Assembly (NCBI GenBank): GCA_031415655.1
Contig: JANOSD010000170.1
Location: 49,946-113,945, forward strand
DNA: 64,000 bases
Direction: 5' to 3'
Source: Actinomycetes bacterium
GTDB taxonomy: Bacteria; Actinomycetota; Acidimicrobiia; Acidimicrobiales; Acidimicrobilacustridaceae
The notes beneath the pieces are model-generated. The model had not been told where the DNA came from. It was given only the letters and a program-made list of their open reading frames with translations, and ran no database searches. Positions 28,276 through 38,080 of this stretch are shown one piece after another. Each line of letters opens with the position of its first letter. Positions within the stretch are counted from its first letter, which is position 1. A program made the translations under genes and the position numbers.

Positions 28276-29061
28276 ATGTCGAACCCTGACGGTCACCAGA
28301 TCAGCACCAACCTCGCCGATCTCACCCAAACCCAACGTGATCAACTGACCGCTCGTCTTCGGTCCGAAACGATCAGCAACTCCTGGACTGGTTTCCAACT
28401 CACGGTCGACGAAGCGTACGAACAACGGGTCACTTCACTCATCGAACACGTCCGCACCACACCCGTCGCACCAATCGAGGGCGACCAACTCTCCATCGGG
28501 CCGCACACCGGGCCGACCTTTGCCTCCTCAGCATCCGCCGCAGGCGGGGGTTGGGCCGCTCCTCCTCCCGGCCCGAGTTCAGTCCCTCCGGGCATCTACG
28601 TCCCTCCAACGTTCTCCGGAGGCACCCCGACCGGTGGCTACGGCCAACCCGGCTACGGCCAACCCGGGTACGGACCACCCGGCTACGGGGCTCCCGGCTA
28701 CGGACCACCCGGCTACGGACCACCCGGCTACTCCGGCTACGGCCCATCCGACTACGGCTACGGGTACCCGCCGCCCTACCGCATCACCAACAAAAACGCC
28801 ACGAACTCGATGATCTTCGGCATCATTTCCGTCGCGGTGATATTCGTGTGCGCGTACCTCTCCGTGTTCATGATCCCCCTCTCCGTGCTGGCGATCGTCA
28901 AGGCTCGCCAAGCCAAACGTGAGATCGCCGCGAGCAACGGCGTAGAGGCCGGCTCGGGGCAGGCCACGGCGGGCGAGATTCTGGGGTGGATCCACGTCGG
29001 GTTGATGTCGCTCGCGCTCGTGATCATCGCCGTAGCCGTCATCGTGTCGATCACCACGTAG
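28276..29061 (+). CDS. Membrane protein paralog B of the same family
   Basis: N-terminus TNLADLTQTQRD...WTGFQLTVDEAYEQRVTSLIEHVR. GYGQPGYGQPGYGPPGYGAPGYGPPGYG repeats. Two C-terminal TM helices. Confidence 0.6.
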   Translation: MSNPDGHQISTNLADLTQTQRDQLTARLRSETISNSWTGFQLTVDEAYEQRVTSLIEHVRTTPVAPIEGDQLSIGPHTGPTFASSASAAGGGWAAPPPGPSSVPPGIYVPPTFSGGTPTGGYGQPGYGQPGYGPPGYGAPGYGPPGYGPPGYSGYGPSDYGYGYPPPYRITNKNATNSMIFGIISVAVIFVCAYLSVFMIPLSVLAIVKARQAKREIAASNGVEAGSGQATAGEILGWIHVGLMSLALVIIAVAVIVSITT

Positions 29062-29285
29062 CCCGCGGTGGCCATCGCCGAGCTCATAGTCGTCGCGAGC
29101 GCCACCAGCCCTCGATGGTCTCGTCTGCGCGTCGCCCCCGTGAGCGTTCGTGGTCCCCTGGTTCCTCGGTCAACCTCCCTGGGGTGGCGGACACGGGCAC
29201 GTCGACGAGCAGTTTCCGAGCCACGGTTCGAGGCTGGCCGGAGGCCGTCGATTGGTTCCTGTCCCCCGCTCCTAGACTCGGCGCG

Positions 29286-31433
29286 ATGCAGCTCTGGCCT
29301 GGCCAGGCGTTCCCGTTGGGCGCCACCTACGACGGGAACGGCACGAACTTCTCGGTGTTCTCCGAAGCGGCCGAGCGGGTCGAGGTCTGTCTCTTCGACG
29401 ATGCCGGGATCGAAACCCGAATCACGCTGCCCGAGATCACGGCCTACATCCACCACGGATACCTCCCGGGCGTACAGCCAGGTCAGCGGTATGGCTTCCG
29501 CGTGCACGGTCCCTGGAATCCCGAACGCGGGGTGATCGCCAACCCGGCCAAGTTGCTGGTCGATCCCTACGCCAAGGCCGTCGACGGCGAGGTCCGGTGG
29601 GATGAAGCGGTATTTCCCTATCGGTTCAGCGAAGGCCCCGATGGCGAGCCAAACGCCGACGAAAGCGCGCCCTTCGTGCCGCTGTCGGTCGTCACGAGCC
29701 CGTTTTTCGATTGGGGCGACGATCGCCATCCCCGCACGCCGTGGCACGACACGGTTGTGTACGAGACCCATGTCCGCGGCATCACCATGCGTCACCCCGA
29801 CGTACCCGAAAAGCTTCGCGGCACCTACTCCGGCCTCGCCACCCCCGCCGTCATCGATCATCTGAAACGCCTGGGCGTCACCGCCGTTGAGTTGATGCCG
29901 GTCCACCAATTCATTCACGACCATCGCCTTCACGGAATGGGTCTCCGCAACTACTGGGGCTACAACTCCATCGCGTATCTTGCGCCCCACAACGAATACG
30001 CGTCGTATGGGCAACGCGGGCAGCAGGTGCAGGAGTTCAAACAATTGGTGAAGTCCCTGCACGCCGAAGGCATTGAAGTGATCCTCGACGTGGTCTACAA
30101 CCACACTGCTGAAGGCGATCACCACGGGCCCATGCTCGGGTTCAAGGGAATCGACAACACCGCCTACTACCGACTCGCCGCCGACGACCCGCGCCGCTAC
30201 GTCGACTACACCGGCACCGGCAACAGCCTGAACATGCGTCACCCCCACGTGCTGCAACTCGTGATGGACAGCCTCCGGTATTGGGTGCTCGAAATGCACG
30301 TCGACGGGTTCCGCTTCGACCTTGCCGCCACTCTTGCCCGCGAGTTGCACGACGTCGACAAGCTCTCTGCCTTCTTCGACCTCATCCAGCAGGATCCCAT
30401 CGTCAGCCAAGTGAAACTCATCGCCGAACCTTGGGACGTGGGCGAGGGCGGCTACCAGGTCGGCAACTTCCCGCCCCTCTGGAGCGAGTGGAACGGCAAG
30501 TATCGCGACGAGGTACGCGACTTTTGGCAGGGCGCTGATCACACCGTTGCCGAGTTCGGCTATCGATTCACCGGTTCGTCTGATCTCTATCGATCCAACG
30601 GTCGAACGCCCTCGGCTTCGATCAACTTCATCACCTGCCATGACGGTTTCACCCTTACTGATCTCGTCACCTATGAGGAGAAACGCAACCAAGCCAACGG
30701 CGAGGATGGGCGAGACGGCGCCAACGACAACCGGTCGTGGAACTGCGGAGCCGAAGGCCCCACCGACGACCCATCGGTCAATGCGTTGCGGCGGCGGCAG
30801 CGCCGAAACCTGCTCACCACCATGTTCTTGTCGCAGGGCATCCCAATGTTGCTCGGAGGCGACGAGTTCGGTCGCACACAAGGCGGCAACAACAACGCCT
30901 ACAACCAGGACAACGACACGTCCTGGTATCAGTGGGACGACACCGATTCCGACCTCCTTGAGTTCGTGCGACGACTGGCCAAACTGCGGCGCCGCCATCC
31001 GGTATTTCGACGTCGCCGGTGGTTTCAGGGCCGTTCGATTGCCGGCGACCAAGCCGACATTGCGTGGTACACCCCCGAGGGTCGCCTGATGAATGAGGAT
31101 GACTGGAACGTGAGTTATGCCCGGTCGATCGCCGTGTTTCTCAACGGCGAGGCGCTTCCCACGCCGGGACCACGGGGCGAGCGCGTCGTGGACGGCAGCT
31201 TCTTCGTGATCTTCAACGCCTCGGAGGGGTCACTTCCGGTCGTACTCCCCGACGTCGACGCCCACTTGGGCCGCCGAACCGACGAGTGTTGGATTCGTGT
31301 GCTCGACACCCTCCCCGACAATCCGGACCTCGCCATTCCCCGCGAGCCCCCCGCCGCCGGTGCATTGCGCGCCGGCGATACCACCGACGTCGCCGCACGT
31401 TCTGTGCAACTCTTTCGACTCTCGCCCCCGTGA
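29286..31433 (+). CDS. glgX: Glycogen debranching enzyme
   Basis: GH13 motifs DVVYNHT, GFRFDLA, EPWD, plus the N-terminal CBM48-like region. Start at MQLWPGQAF (29286). Confidence 0.85.
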   Translation: MQLWPGQAFPLGATYDGNGTNFSVFSEAAERVEVCLFDDAGIETRITLPEITAYIHHGYLPGVQPGQRYGFRVHGPWNPERGVIANPAKLLVDPYAKAVDGEVRWDEAVFPYRFSEGPDGEPNADESAPFVPLSVVTSPFFDWGDDRHPRTPWHDTVVYETHVRGITMRHPDVPEKLRGTYSGLATPAVIDHLKRLGVTAVELMPVHQFIHDHRLHGMGLRNYWGYNSIAYLAPHNEYASYGQRGQQVQEFKQLVKSLHAEGIEVILDVVYNHTAEGDHHGPMLGFKGIDNTAYYRLAADDPRRYVDYTGTGNSLNMRHPHVLQLVMDSLRYWVLEMHVDGFRFDLAATLARELHDVDKLSAFFDLIQQDPIVSQVKLIAEPWDVGEGGYQVGNFPPLWSEWNGKYRDEVRDFWQGADHTVAEFGYRFTGSSDLYRSNGRTPSASINFITCHDGFTLTDLVTYEEKRNQANGEDGRDGANDNRSWNCGAEGPTDDPSVNALRRRQRRNLLTTMFLSQGIPMLLGGDEFGRTQGGNNNAYNQDNDTSWYQWDDTDSDLLEFVRRLAKLRRRHPVFRRRRWFQGRSIAGDQADIAWYTPEGRLMNEDDWNVSYARSIAVFLNGEALPTPGPRGERVVDGSFFVIFNASEGSLPVVLPDVDAHLGRRTDECWIRVLDTLPDNPDLAIPREPPAAGALRAGDTTDVAARSVQLFRLSPP

Positions 31434-32746
31434 CCGACCACACCCAAGTCGCTCGGCCCGAGATCGCCGATTCCGTGCCGGTCGCCACTGCCGACTCACC
31501 GTCAACGCCACCTCACCAGCAGGCGTCCGACAGTCGGTCGCGATGGACATCGGGGCGCGGGTTCCTGATGCTCGTTGCGCTGCTCGTATTGCTCCGGTTG
31601 GCCTCGTTGGCCGGTGTACTGAGCAGTGGTCAAGAGCTCGAAGGAAGCATCCTCGGCGGAGATGCCCGTCGATATGCGCAGATGGTTACCGCCACCGGCA
31701 CGCCCTACGCCGACTTCGCCGTGGAATACCCCCCACTGGTGCTCGGCTCCATCAAGCTGCTCCACCGCGACTCGGCCTTTGAGACGCTCGTACTGCTCGG
31801 ACTTTCCCAATTGTTGCTCGACGTGGGTATCGCCGGGTTCCTCTGGTGGGGTTTTGGTCGGCGGGTGGTGCTGGCCTACCTGCTGCTCAGCACTGTGTTC
31901 CTTCCTTTCCCGATGCACTACACCCGGCTCGACTTGTTGTCAGTGTTCCTCGCCACCGCGGGCTGGGCACACCTGCGTCGTGGCGGTGAGATTCGAGCCG
32001 GCGCCGCGCTGGCACTATCGGTGTTCGCCAAGCTCTGGCCCCTTGCGCTCGCCCCCCTGATGCTCATCGATGGACGCCGGCGCGGACTCGTTTCGTGGAT
32101 CGTCACCGGAGCGATCGGCGCCGGCGCGTGGTGGCTTTGGGCCGGAGTCGACGGCATGGTGCAAGTGGTGTCGTTTCGCGGCGCAACCGGTTGGCAGGTG
32201 GAAAGCCTCCCCGGCAACGTCCTCCAGATCCTCGACCATACGCGTACCAATTTTGCCCAAGGGGCGTGGCGAATTGGCACGATGCCGGCGTGGAGTCGCC
32301 CGCTTTTCACCGTCCTCTCCGTCGGGGTGACGGCCATTGGGTGGCGCTGGGCGAGGGGCAGTTCCGACACCGCTCGTTACGGCCACGCCGGCATCGTGTC
32401 GGTCACGGCTTTTCTCGTGTTCTCGGCGATCATCTCCCCGCAATACACACTCTGGTTGCTGCCGTTCTGCGCCATCTCCGCCGCCGCCCATCCGCGACGA
32501 TACGGCGTGCCGTCCGTGCTGATCTTCGGGTTATCGACGCTGGGCCTCGCCGTGATCAGTGGACAGCCCGACGGACACCTGTACGCCACTCTCCCGGTGC
32601 TGGCCCGAAACATCTGCCTGGTATGGCTGCTCGTTCTTGCCCTGCACGACCTCCACGTCGGCAGGGTGGCGCCAAGCGCCCGGAATGCGCCTCCCGTCGA
32701 GCCAGATCAACTCGTTTCCATGACCGAGGTGCGCAGCGACCGGTGA
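31430..32746 (+). CDS. Polytopic membrane protein (GT-C / DUF2029-like putative glycosyltransferase)
   Basis: ~11 hydrophobic helices. GTG start overlapping the glgX stop (GTGA). Resembles mannosyltransferase-like GT-C membrane proteins. Confidence 0.5.
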   Translation: MTDHTQVARPEIADSVPVATADSPSTPPHQQASDSRSRWTSGRGFLMLVALLVLLRLASLAGVLSSGQELEGSILGGDARRYAQMVTATGTPYADFAVEYPPLVLGSIKLLHRDSAFETLVLLGLSQLLLDVGIAGFLWWGFGRRVVLAYLLLSTVFLPFPMHYTRLDLLSVFLATAGWAHLRRGGEIRAGAALALSVFAKLWPLALAPLMLIDGRRRGLVSWIVTGAIGAGAWWLWAGVDGMVQVVSFRGATGWQVESLPGNVLQILDHTRTNFAQGAWRIGTMPAWSRPLFTVLSVGVTAIGWRWARGSSDTARYGHAGIVSVTAFLVFSAIISPQYTLWLLPFCAISAAAHPRRYGVPSVLIFGLSTLGLAVISGQPDGHLYATLPVLARNICLVWLLVLALHDLHVGRVAPSARNAPPVEPDQLVSMTEVRSDR

Positions 32747-32822
32747 GAGGTCGGGAGGTTCGGCGGTCTTGTCGCCCGTGGGCGCCCACGCGCGCATCAC
32801 GGCCCGAACCCGCCTCAGATCG

Positions 32823-34082
32823 TCAGCCGCCGCCCGTGCTCACACCAAACGCGGCGATCGCCAGGATGAGCGATAGGGACCCGACAAGGTCCATCGAAGA
32901 CGTCAGGATCGGGATGCCGTGGTTATCGGGATCGAGGCCGAGTCGGTAGGTGGCGACACTGCCGTAGTAGGCCACGAGGATGGCGATAGACACGGCCATG
33001 AAGCCGCCAAAGAGGGTGATCCCAACCATCTTTAAGGCGCCGGGTGACGCCAGACCCGTCAGCAGGGCCACGAGGTCGGCCGACAACGCGAGCAGAGTAA
33101 ACACCGGAACGGCGAGGAGCGCGATGATCATGAAGTCGGTGCGAGCGGCCCGATCGGGACGCGCTTTGGGTTCGATCACGCCGAGGTGGAGTTTTGTGGC
33201 CAGCCGGCTGGCCAGGATGGCGCCCAGCGCTCCGGTGTCCTCGAGGAAGGGGGTGACGAGCACGAGCAAGGCCGGGAGCGCAAGGAACGTTTCGAGACGT
33301 TCGGAAATGGTGACCCCCGCGACGAGCGACACCGAGCCGGCGATGACCAGGATCGGTATCGACTCGCGAACGATTCGGCGGAGGATCGGAAACTTCGCCC
33401 GCCAGGCAACAACGCCGCAACTGATGCCCGCAACGGCCAGCAACGATGCGAGAACGGGCACCACAAAGGACGGCACACCCTCCACCGTGATGAGGAGCGT
33501 GGCCAAAAGCAGCGATGGGATGGTGACGATGTCGCCGGCCGCAGTGACGATGGGCGCAGCCACGTTGTCCATGTCCCAGCCACGCCGTTCGGCGATTCGG
33601 GCCACAACCAAGGTGAGGGCGAGCACGACCGCCGACGACATCACGCCGCCGATGACGGAAATGACCACGAAATCAGCGACGCCGATACGGTCCGGCTCGA
33701 AGATCGACGCCATCACGAAGGCCAACACGGCAAGTACGAACGAAAGCACCACCGATAGGGCGGCGCTGGCGTAGATGTTCTGACCCACCAACGTGTCTCG
33801 CCGCCGGCTCAGTCGAAACTCACCAGTGTGAATCGAGGTGCCCAAGCGTGAACCGAGGGCTCCGAAAATGTTGCCTCGCATGCCGATGGCGGCGGGCACC
33901 AGCACGAGAAGTCCGGGGAGCAAACGAAGTTGCCCGGTGGCCTTGCTCAGGCTGAGCCCGGCGAGCAGGTCGCCGCCGGAGCACACCAGTAAGGCCGCGA
34001 GTGCCTGCCGGATGCCACTGGCATCCTCACCAAGCGCCGAGCGAACGCGCGCGCTGAGCCGACGGAAGGGTCGGGGGGCCAT
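32823..34082 (-). CDS. MgtE-family divalent cation transporter (tandem MgtE membrane domains, no CBS/N-domain)
   Basis: Two repeats of the MgtE TM-domain motif (GMRGNIFGALGSRLGTSIHTG and GAILASRLATKLHLG). Confidence 0.6.
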   Translation of the reverse strand: MAPRPFRRLSARVRSALGEDASGIRQALAALLVCSGGDLLAGLSLSKATGQLRLLPGLLVLVPAAIGMRGNIFGALGSRLGTSIHTGEFRLSRRRDTLVGQNIYASAALSVVLSFVLAVLAFVMASIFEPDRIGVADFVVISVIGGVMSSAVVLALTLVVARIAERRGWDMDNVAAPIVTAAGDIVTIPSLLLATLLITVEGVPSFVVPVLASLLAVAGISCGVVAWRAKFPILRRIVRESIPILVIAGSVSLVAGVTISERLETFLALPALLVLVTPFLEDTGALGAILASRLATKLHLGVIEPKARPDRAARTDFMIIALLAVPVFTLLALSADLVALLTGLASPGALKMVGITLFGGFMAVSIAILVAYYGSVATYRLGLDPDNHGIPILTSSMDLVGSLSLILAIAAFGVSTGGG

Positions 34083-34119
34083 CGGTGGTACTCGGGGGGT
34101 CCGATAGGCGGGCGCTGAT

Positions 34120-34430
34120 CACGGGCGGCAGCCTACGGGGCGCGCTGGCGAAGCCGCCAACGAGCAATTCCGACTATCCGTATGATCGAATGCCCTGTGT
34201 TTTTCGCGGCCCGGCAAAAACCACGCAGCGTGGTCAACGAACCACGCTCCGCGACCCTCCGAATCTGGCGAACATGCGATAGCATTACGGCGTGGACGGG
34301 GCCATTGGCCCCAACCGCACAAAGTCTGCGCTCGGGGGTTCGCCGCTCTCCAGCCTGTCGCCCCACGTGGGCGCGGCAGCGCAGACGTCGAGTGAGGGAC
34401 CGCACGCCGCCGGTCCCTCACCCATTTTTG
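34120..34430 (-). ncRNA. Candidate structured 5' leader upstream of the MgtE-like gene (possible M-box-like Mg2+ riboswitch, unverified)
   Basis: ~450-nt untranslated gap upstream of the transporter start. The transcribed strand contains GGUGAGGGACC...GGUCCCUCAC pairing, two copies of GCUGCCGC(G)CCC and CCAAUGG, which resemble M-box conserved blocks. Only eyeball similarity. Confidence 0.25.
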
Positions 34431-34534
34431 CCAAGATTTCCCGCCGGCCGCGAATCAGACGGCGAACCCAACCCCCGAGGTACCCACACTCGGACCCACC
34501 GGTGTCAGACCCAGCGGTGTCAGCCCCAGCGGTA

Positions 34535-36343
34535 TCAGGGTGAAAGCGTGAGCTCAGCCGACGACGTCAGGGGCGGTGAGTCGGAACCCTCGGGAACCTC
34601 CGGAGAGGCGAGGTACCGACCGTGTTTTTCCGCATGCCGCTGCGCGAGGTAACAGGCCAAACCAAAAAGAACACAGACCGCCAGCATCAGATTGCGTTGG
34701 TTCGCTAGGAGGAACGGCGGGGCTTGAATGTTGTTCGGCCACACCAGGAAGCTGGCCAGCAGGCAACCGATAAGAAAGCTGGGACGCCACTTTCCGAGGC
34801 CCGACCCGGCCAAGAGCGCGAATCCCGCCGGCAGGTACCAGGGCCAGACCACGGGCCCAAGTACCACCATGAGGATCATGCTGAGACCGATGGCGTGGGC
34901 GATCCCCACGCGGCCGGACTGGATCAGCAACTTGAAAGCCAGGCCGGCACCAGCGAGCACGCCGGCGAACCGAATCATGCTCACCAACGTGTCGGTGCGG
35001 ACCGACAAACCCACCAGGTTTGCTACATCGGCGATCGCGAACCCGCTGAGCGTGGTGATCGACATGGTGTCCATCACCTTGCCGGTGCTCGAAAGTGCTT
35101 TGATCCATCCGAGGCCGATCCCGGCCATGACGGAAGTGACTGCGATGAACACCGCAGCGAACGCCCCGACCTTGACCATCCCCAGGAGCCGGCGGCGAAA
35201 CAGCACCTTGGTGCCTTCGAACTGCCACGCCAGGATTCCCAACGCCACAATGGCCGGAAGTTTGATCGCCGTGGCCATCGTGAGCAAGGCCACCGCAAGC
35301 CATCGGCGGCCGCGTTTGTGCGCAGCCACACCACAGACCAGGAACCCCATCATGAGCGCGTCGTTGTGGGCGCCTCCGATGAGGTGGTGGATCACCAATG
35401 GGTTGGCGATCCCGACGGCAAGCGCCAACGCCACGGGTTTCCCGAACGACCGGGACATCGAAACGAGGCCGACAATGGTAAGCAGGATGCCCAAGAACGC
35501 CACGGCCCGAAACATCCACACCGAAAGCATGGGGTCGTGGCCGGCGACAACGACCGCTCCTTCGCCGACCATCACCCAGACCGGTCCGTAAGGGGCCGCA
35601 GCGTGACGCCAAAACGGATCGACTTGTTGGACGAAATCGCCCTGTCCAAGCCCGATCGCCGGCCCAACGGCAGTGGGATCGAGGCCCTGGGCCGACATCT
35701 CGCCCTGAGCGGCATAGCTATAGGAGTCGTTGGAGAGCAGCGGCGGGCCGAGCAGGATCGGCGCCACCCACAGGAACGCCACGGCGAGCACCACCCGACT
35801 GCGATGCGCGTCCGATCCGTCCATACGTTCGGAGCGGCGCACGAGTCCGAGCCATCCGACGCAGGAAAGCACCATCCCGAGGGCGAACAAGCTCATCTGC
35901 GTGAGCGAGGCCGAGTCGGTCCAGGCCATGCTCTCCAAACGTGGTGGGCGGGCGATCACCGGAACGTCGAGATGCCACGAGCTCACGGCAAAACGCCAAA
36001 CCGGGGCGGAACCGACGATGATCAGCGAGCCAAGGAGCCCGCTCAGGGCAGCGAGAAAGAGCTTTCCATCCACCCGGGGCCACGACGTTCGGGCGGCGGA
36101 ATCCCGGTGGCCCAACGGTACGGCCGGCTCGTGTGGCGATACCTCTTCGCCCACACCCGTGGCCTCAAATCGCCGGAGGAACAGCGAAAGTCGAGTGTCG
36201 GGCCGAGCGTCGGTCGACGGTGTGGACGGTTCGGATGGTTCGGCCGGTTCGGATGGCTTGACCGAGGGAACATCCGCCGGATCGGTGCGGGTGGTGGCGC
36301 GGATATCGCGCCCCGAGGGCTCGTTCCTGTCGCCGACCATCAT
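34535..36343 (-). CDS. GT-C family membrane mannosyltransferase-like protein (MptA/MptB-like, DUF2029)
   Basis: Polytopic. Conserved LSNDSYSYAAQG loop motif typical of PPM-dependent alpha-mannosyltransferases of Actinobacteria. Confidence 0.6.
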   Translation of the reverse strand: MMVGDRNEPSGRDIRATTRTDPADVPSVKPSEPAEPSEPSTPSTDARPDTRLSLFLRRFEATGVGEEVSPHEPAVPLGHRDSAARTSWPRVDGKLFLAALSGLLGSLIIVGSAPVWRFAVSSWHLDVPVIARPPRLESMAWTDSASLTQMSLFALGMVLSCVGWLGLVRRSERMDGSDAHRSRVVLAVAFLWVAPILLGPPLLSNDSYSYAAQGEMSAQGLDPTAVGPAIGLGQGDFVQQVDPFWRHAAAPYGPVWVMVGEGAVVVAGHDPMLSVWMFRAVAFLGILLTIVGLVSMSRSFGKPVALALAVGIANPLVIHHLIGGAHNDALMMGFLVCGVAAHKRGRRWLAVALLTMATAIKLPAIVALGILAWQFEGTKVLFRRRLLGMVKVGAFAAVFIAVTSVMAGIGLGWIKALSSTGKVMDTMSITTLSGFAIADVANLVGLSVRTDTLVSMIRFAGVLAGAGLAFKLLIQSGRVGIAHAIGLSMILMVVLGPVVWPWYLPAGFALLAGSGLGKWRPSFLIGCLLASFLVWPNNIQAPPFLLANQRNLMLAVCVLFGLACYLAQRHAEKHGRYLASPEVPEGSDSPPLTSSAELTLSP

Positions 36344-36431
36344 TTCTGCCTCCTACCGGACAAATCGTTACCCAACCGTAATGGATCGGCCCGGGAACTC
36401 GAGGCATCGTAACGCTCGCGAGCGTTTACCT

Positions 36432-36590
36432 CACGTCGGGAGCGAGCAGCAGCGCGGCCAGGGGAGGCAACGCGATCTCCACCGACCAGGGATGGCCGTG
36501 GGCGGGTTGGTCGCTCACGTTCAAGTGCTCGTGGGGGCCGGTCCCTGAACCGCCAAACTCCACGTCGTCGCTGTTGGCGAACCCAGTCCG
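36432..36590 (-). pseudogene. Duplicated 3' fragment of glgB (encodes the last ~50 codons including stop)
   Basis: 36429-36588 is ~95% identical to 39039-39200, the 3' end of the intact glgB. Reverse translation ends ...LLAPDVR* as in glgB. Confidence 0.8.
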
Positions 36591-36721
36591 TCCAACGAGC
36601 GGACGTGTTCGTAGTCCACTCCCGATCAGAACGACGGTGAGGCCGCCGCCATGGCCGGGACCATCGAATGCTTCCGTGCTCTGGCGAGGGATCTGGCCCG
36701 TCTGCTCAAATCAGATCGACC

Positions 36722-37420
36722 CTAAGACCCTGCCTTCGTGGCTTCTTTCGCCTTGTCGGCGATGGCCTTGCGCTCCGCCACCAGAGCCTCTATTTCCGCT
36801 TCGGTGGTGGTAACGCCAGTTTCGCTGAAAGCAGCCGAAAACGAGTCTCCGTCCTGGACGAAAATCTGGTTGGGGGTGTACATCGTTGAGCCATCGGCGT
36901 AGACGACCCCGTACCCGGAGAACGCCGAGATGTTGCTACCGACCGCCAGCTTTTCTAGCGCTTTGGAGGCATCGGATTCTGTCTTTGCCGCCCCGGAGTC
37001 TCCTCCCAGGATTCGAAGGATGACCACGTCGCCTGCAACCACTGTTCCAAAGTGACTCGTCTTTACACGAACGCTTACCGGGGTCGAGACGATGCTGAGG
37101 AGCAAAGGATCTGCGGGATTGAGCCCCGACTTCTTGATTGCCTCCGGTGAGGGTTGCGGAACGGCCGGCTTTCCAATCTCTTCAACGACTCCGCTGAATC
37201 CTTCTGAGTTTACTCGGGTGACGATCGCAGAGCGCGCGTCCTGAGGGAGCGTAAAAGTGAGAATTTTGTTCGACTCGACCACCGTATTTTCCAGCCTTGT
37301 CGTTGGCGCTACCGTCCCGGAACTCGCCGTCGTGGTGGGCGTAGACGCGCAGGAGAGGGTCCCCACTGCTGCGCCGAGGCTCGCAAGTATTGCCAGTTGG
37401 ACACGTTTTGGATTCGACAT
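36722..37420 (-). CDS. Lipoprotein (island-encoded)
   Basis: Signal peptide plus lipobox LSCAS. Ser/Thr-rich linker. Low-GC codon usage. Confidence 0.55.
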   Translation of the reverse strand: MSNPKRVQLAILASLGAAVGTLSCASTPTTTASSGTVAPTTRLENTVVESNKILTFTLPQDARSAIVTRVNSEGFSGVVEEIGKPAVPQPSPEAIKKSGLNPADPLLLSIVSTPVSVRVKTSHFGTVVAGDVVILRILGGDSGAAKTESDASKALEKLAVGSNISAFSGYGVVYADGSTMYTPNQIFVQDGDSFSAAFSETGVTTTEAEIEALVAERKAIADKAKEATKAGS

Positions 37421-37430
37421 GTTGGCTCCC

Positions 37431-38080
37431 TTAGTACATTCCGGACGAGTTCATTCCAGCGATATCATCGCTGTTTATATACCACTTCTGCGTGAAATCA
37501 ACGTTCATGACAGAGGATTGCTCAGCGGTGGTCATTGGCCCACATCCGGCGGGGTGATCGAGACCATGCGCATGGCCATATTCGTGCAACAACACCGTTC
37601 GCAACTCGGCGGGCCTTGCCGCTGCATTGAGCGTTCCGTCGGTGAACCACTTCCAAGAATTGTTGTAATACACTCCCGCAGTACTGTGAGTTGGGTTCCC
37701 GGAAACGGCCGTGACGCCCGGCGCGTCACCGAGGCCGATCGCAACGGTGTCATAGAAGCCGGTGGTAAACGCCCAGACAAGTTCGTCCCGGTTTAACTGA
37801 ACGGATCCGACATTGAGGTCGAAGCGTCCATTCCAACCAAGTGCTGCGGACGACACGGCAGCCTGATGTGGTCGGCGAGTTCCACCGGTACATTGCTTCG
37901 AACGGCGATCGAGAGGTTTGAGTAAGTCGCCCAACGAGAGGGGATCGGGCAATAGGCTTCGGCGGGGCTTGCGGACATCACCGCGATGACACCGCTGGCA
38001 CTGATCAGTGTGGTTGCCGCAGCAACAAGGTGTGTACTCCGTTTCGCTCGGGTACCTGGTGCTTGATCATTCTCGGTCAC
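37431..38080 (-). pseudogene. Secreted metzincin-type zinc metalloprotease (snapalysin/M7-like), apparently frameshifted
   Basis: Catalytic-domain frame (37431-37952) has HEYGHAHGLDH (HExxHxxGxxH) and a Met-turn SVM. A cleavable signal peptide (LVAAATTLISASGVIAVMSASPAEA) lies in a different frame (37793-38080), overlapping by ~160 nt. Confidence 0.55.
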
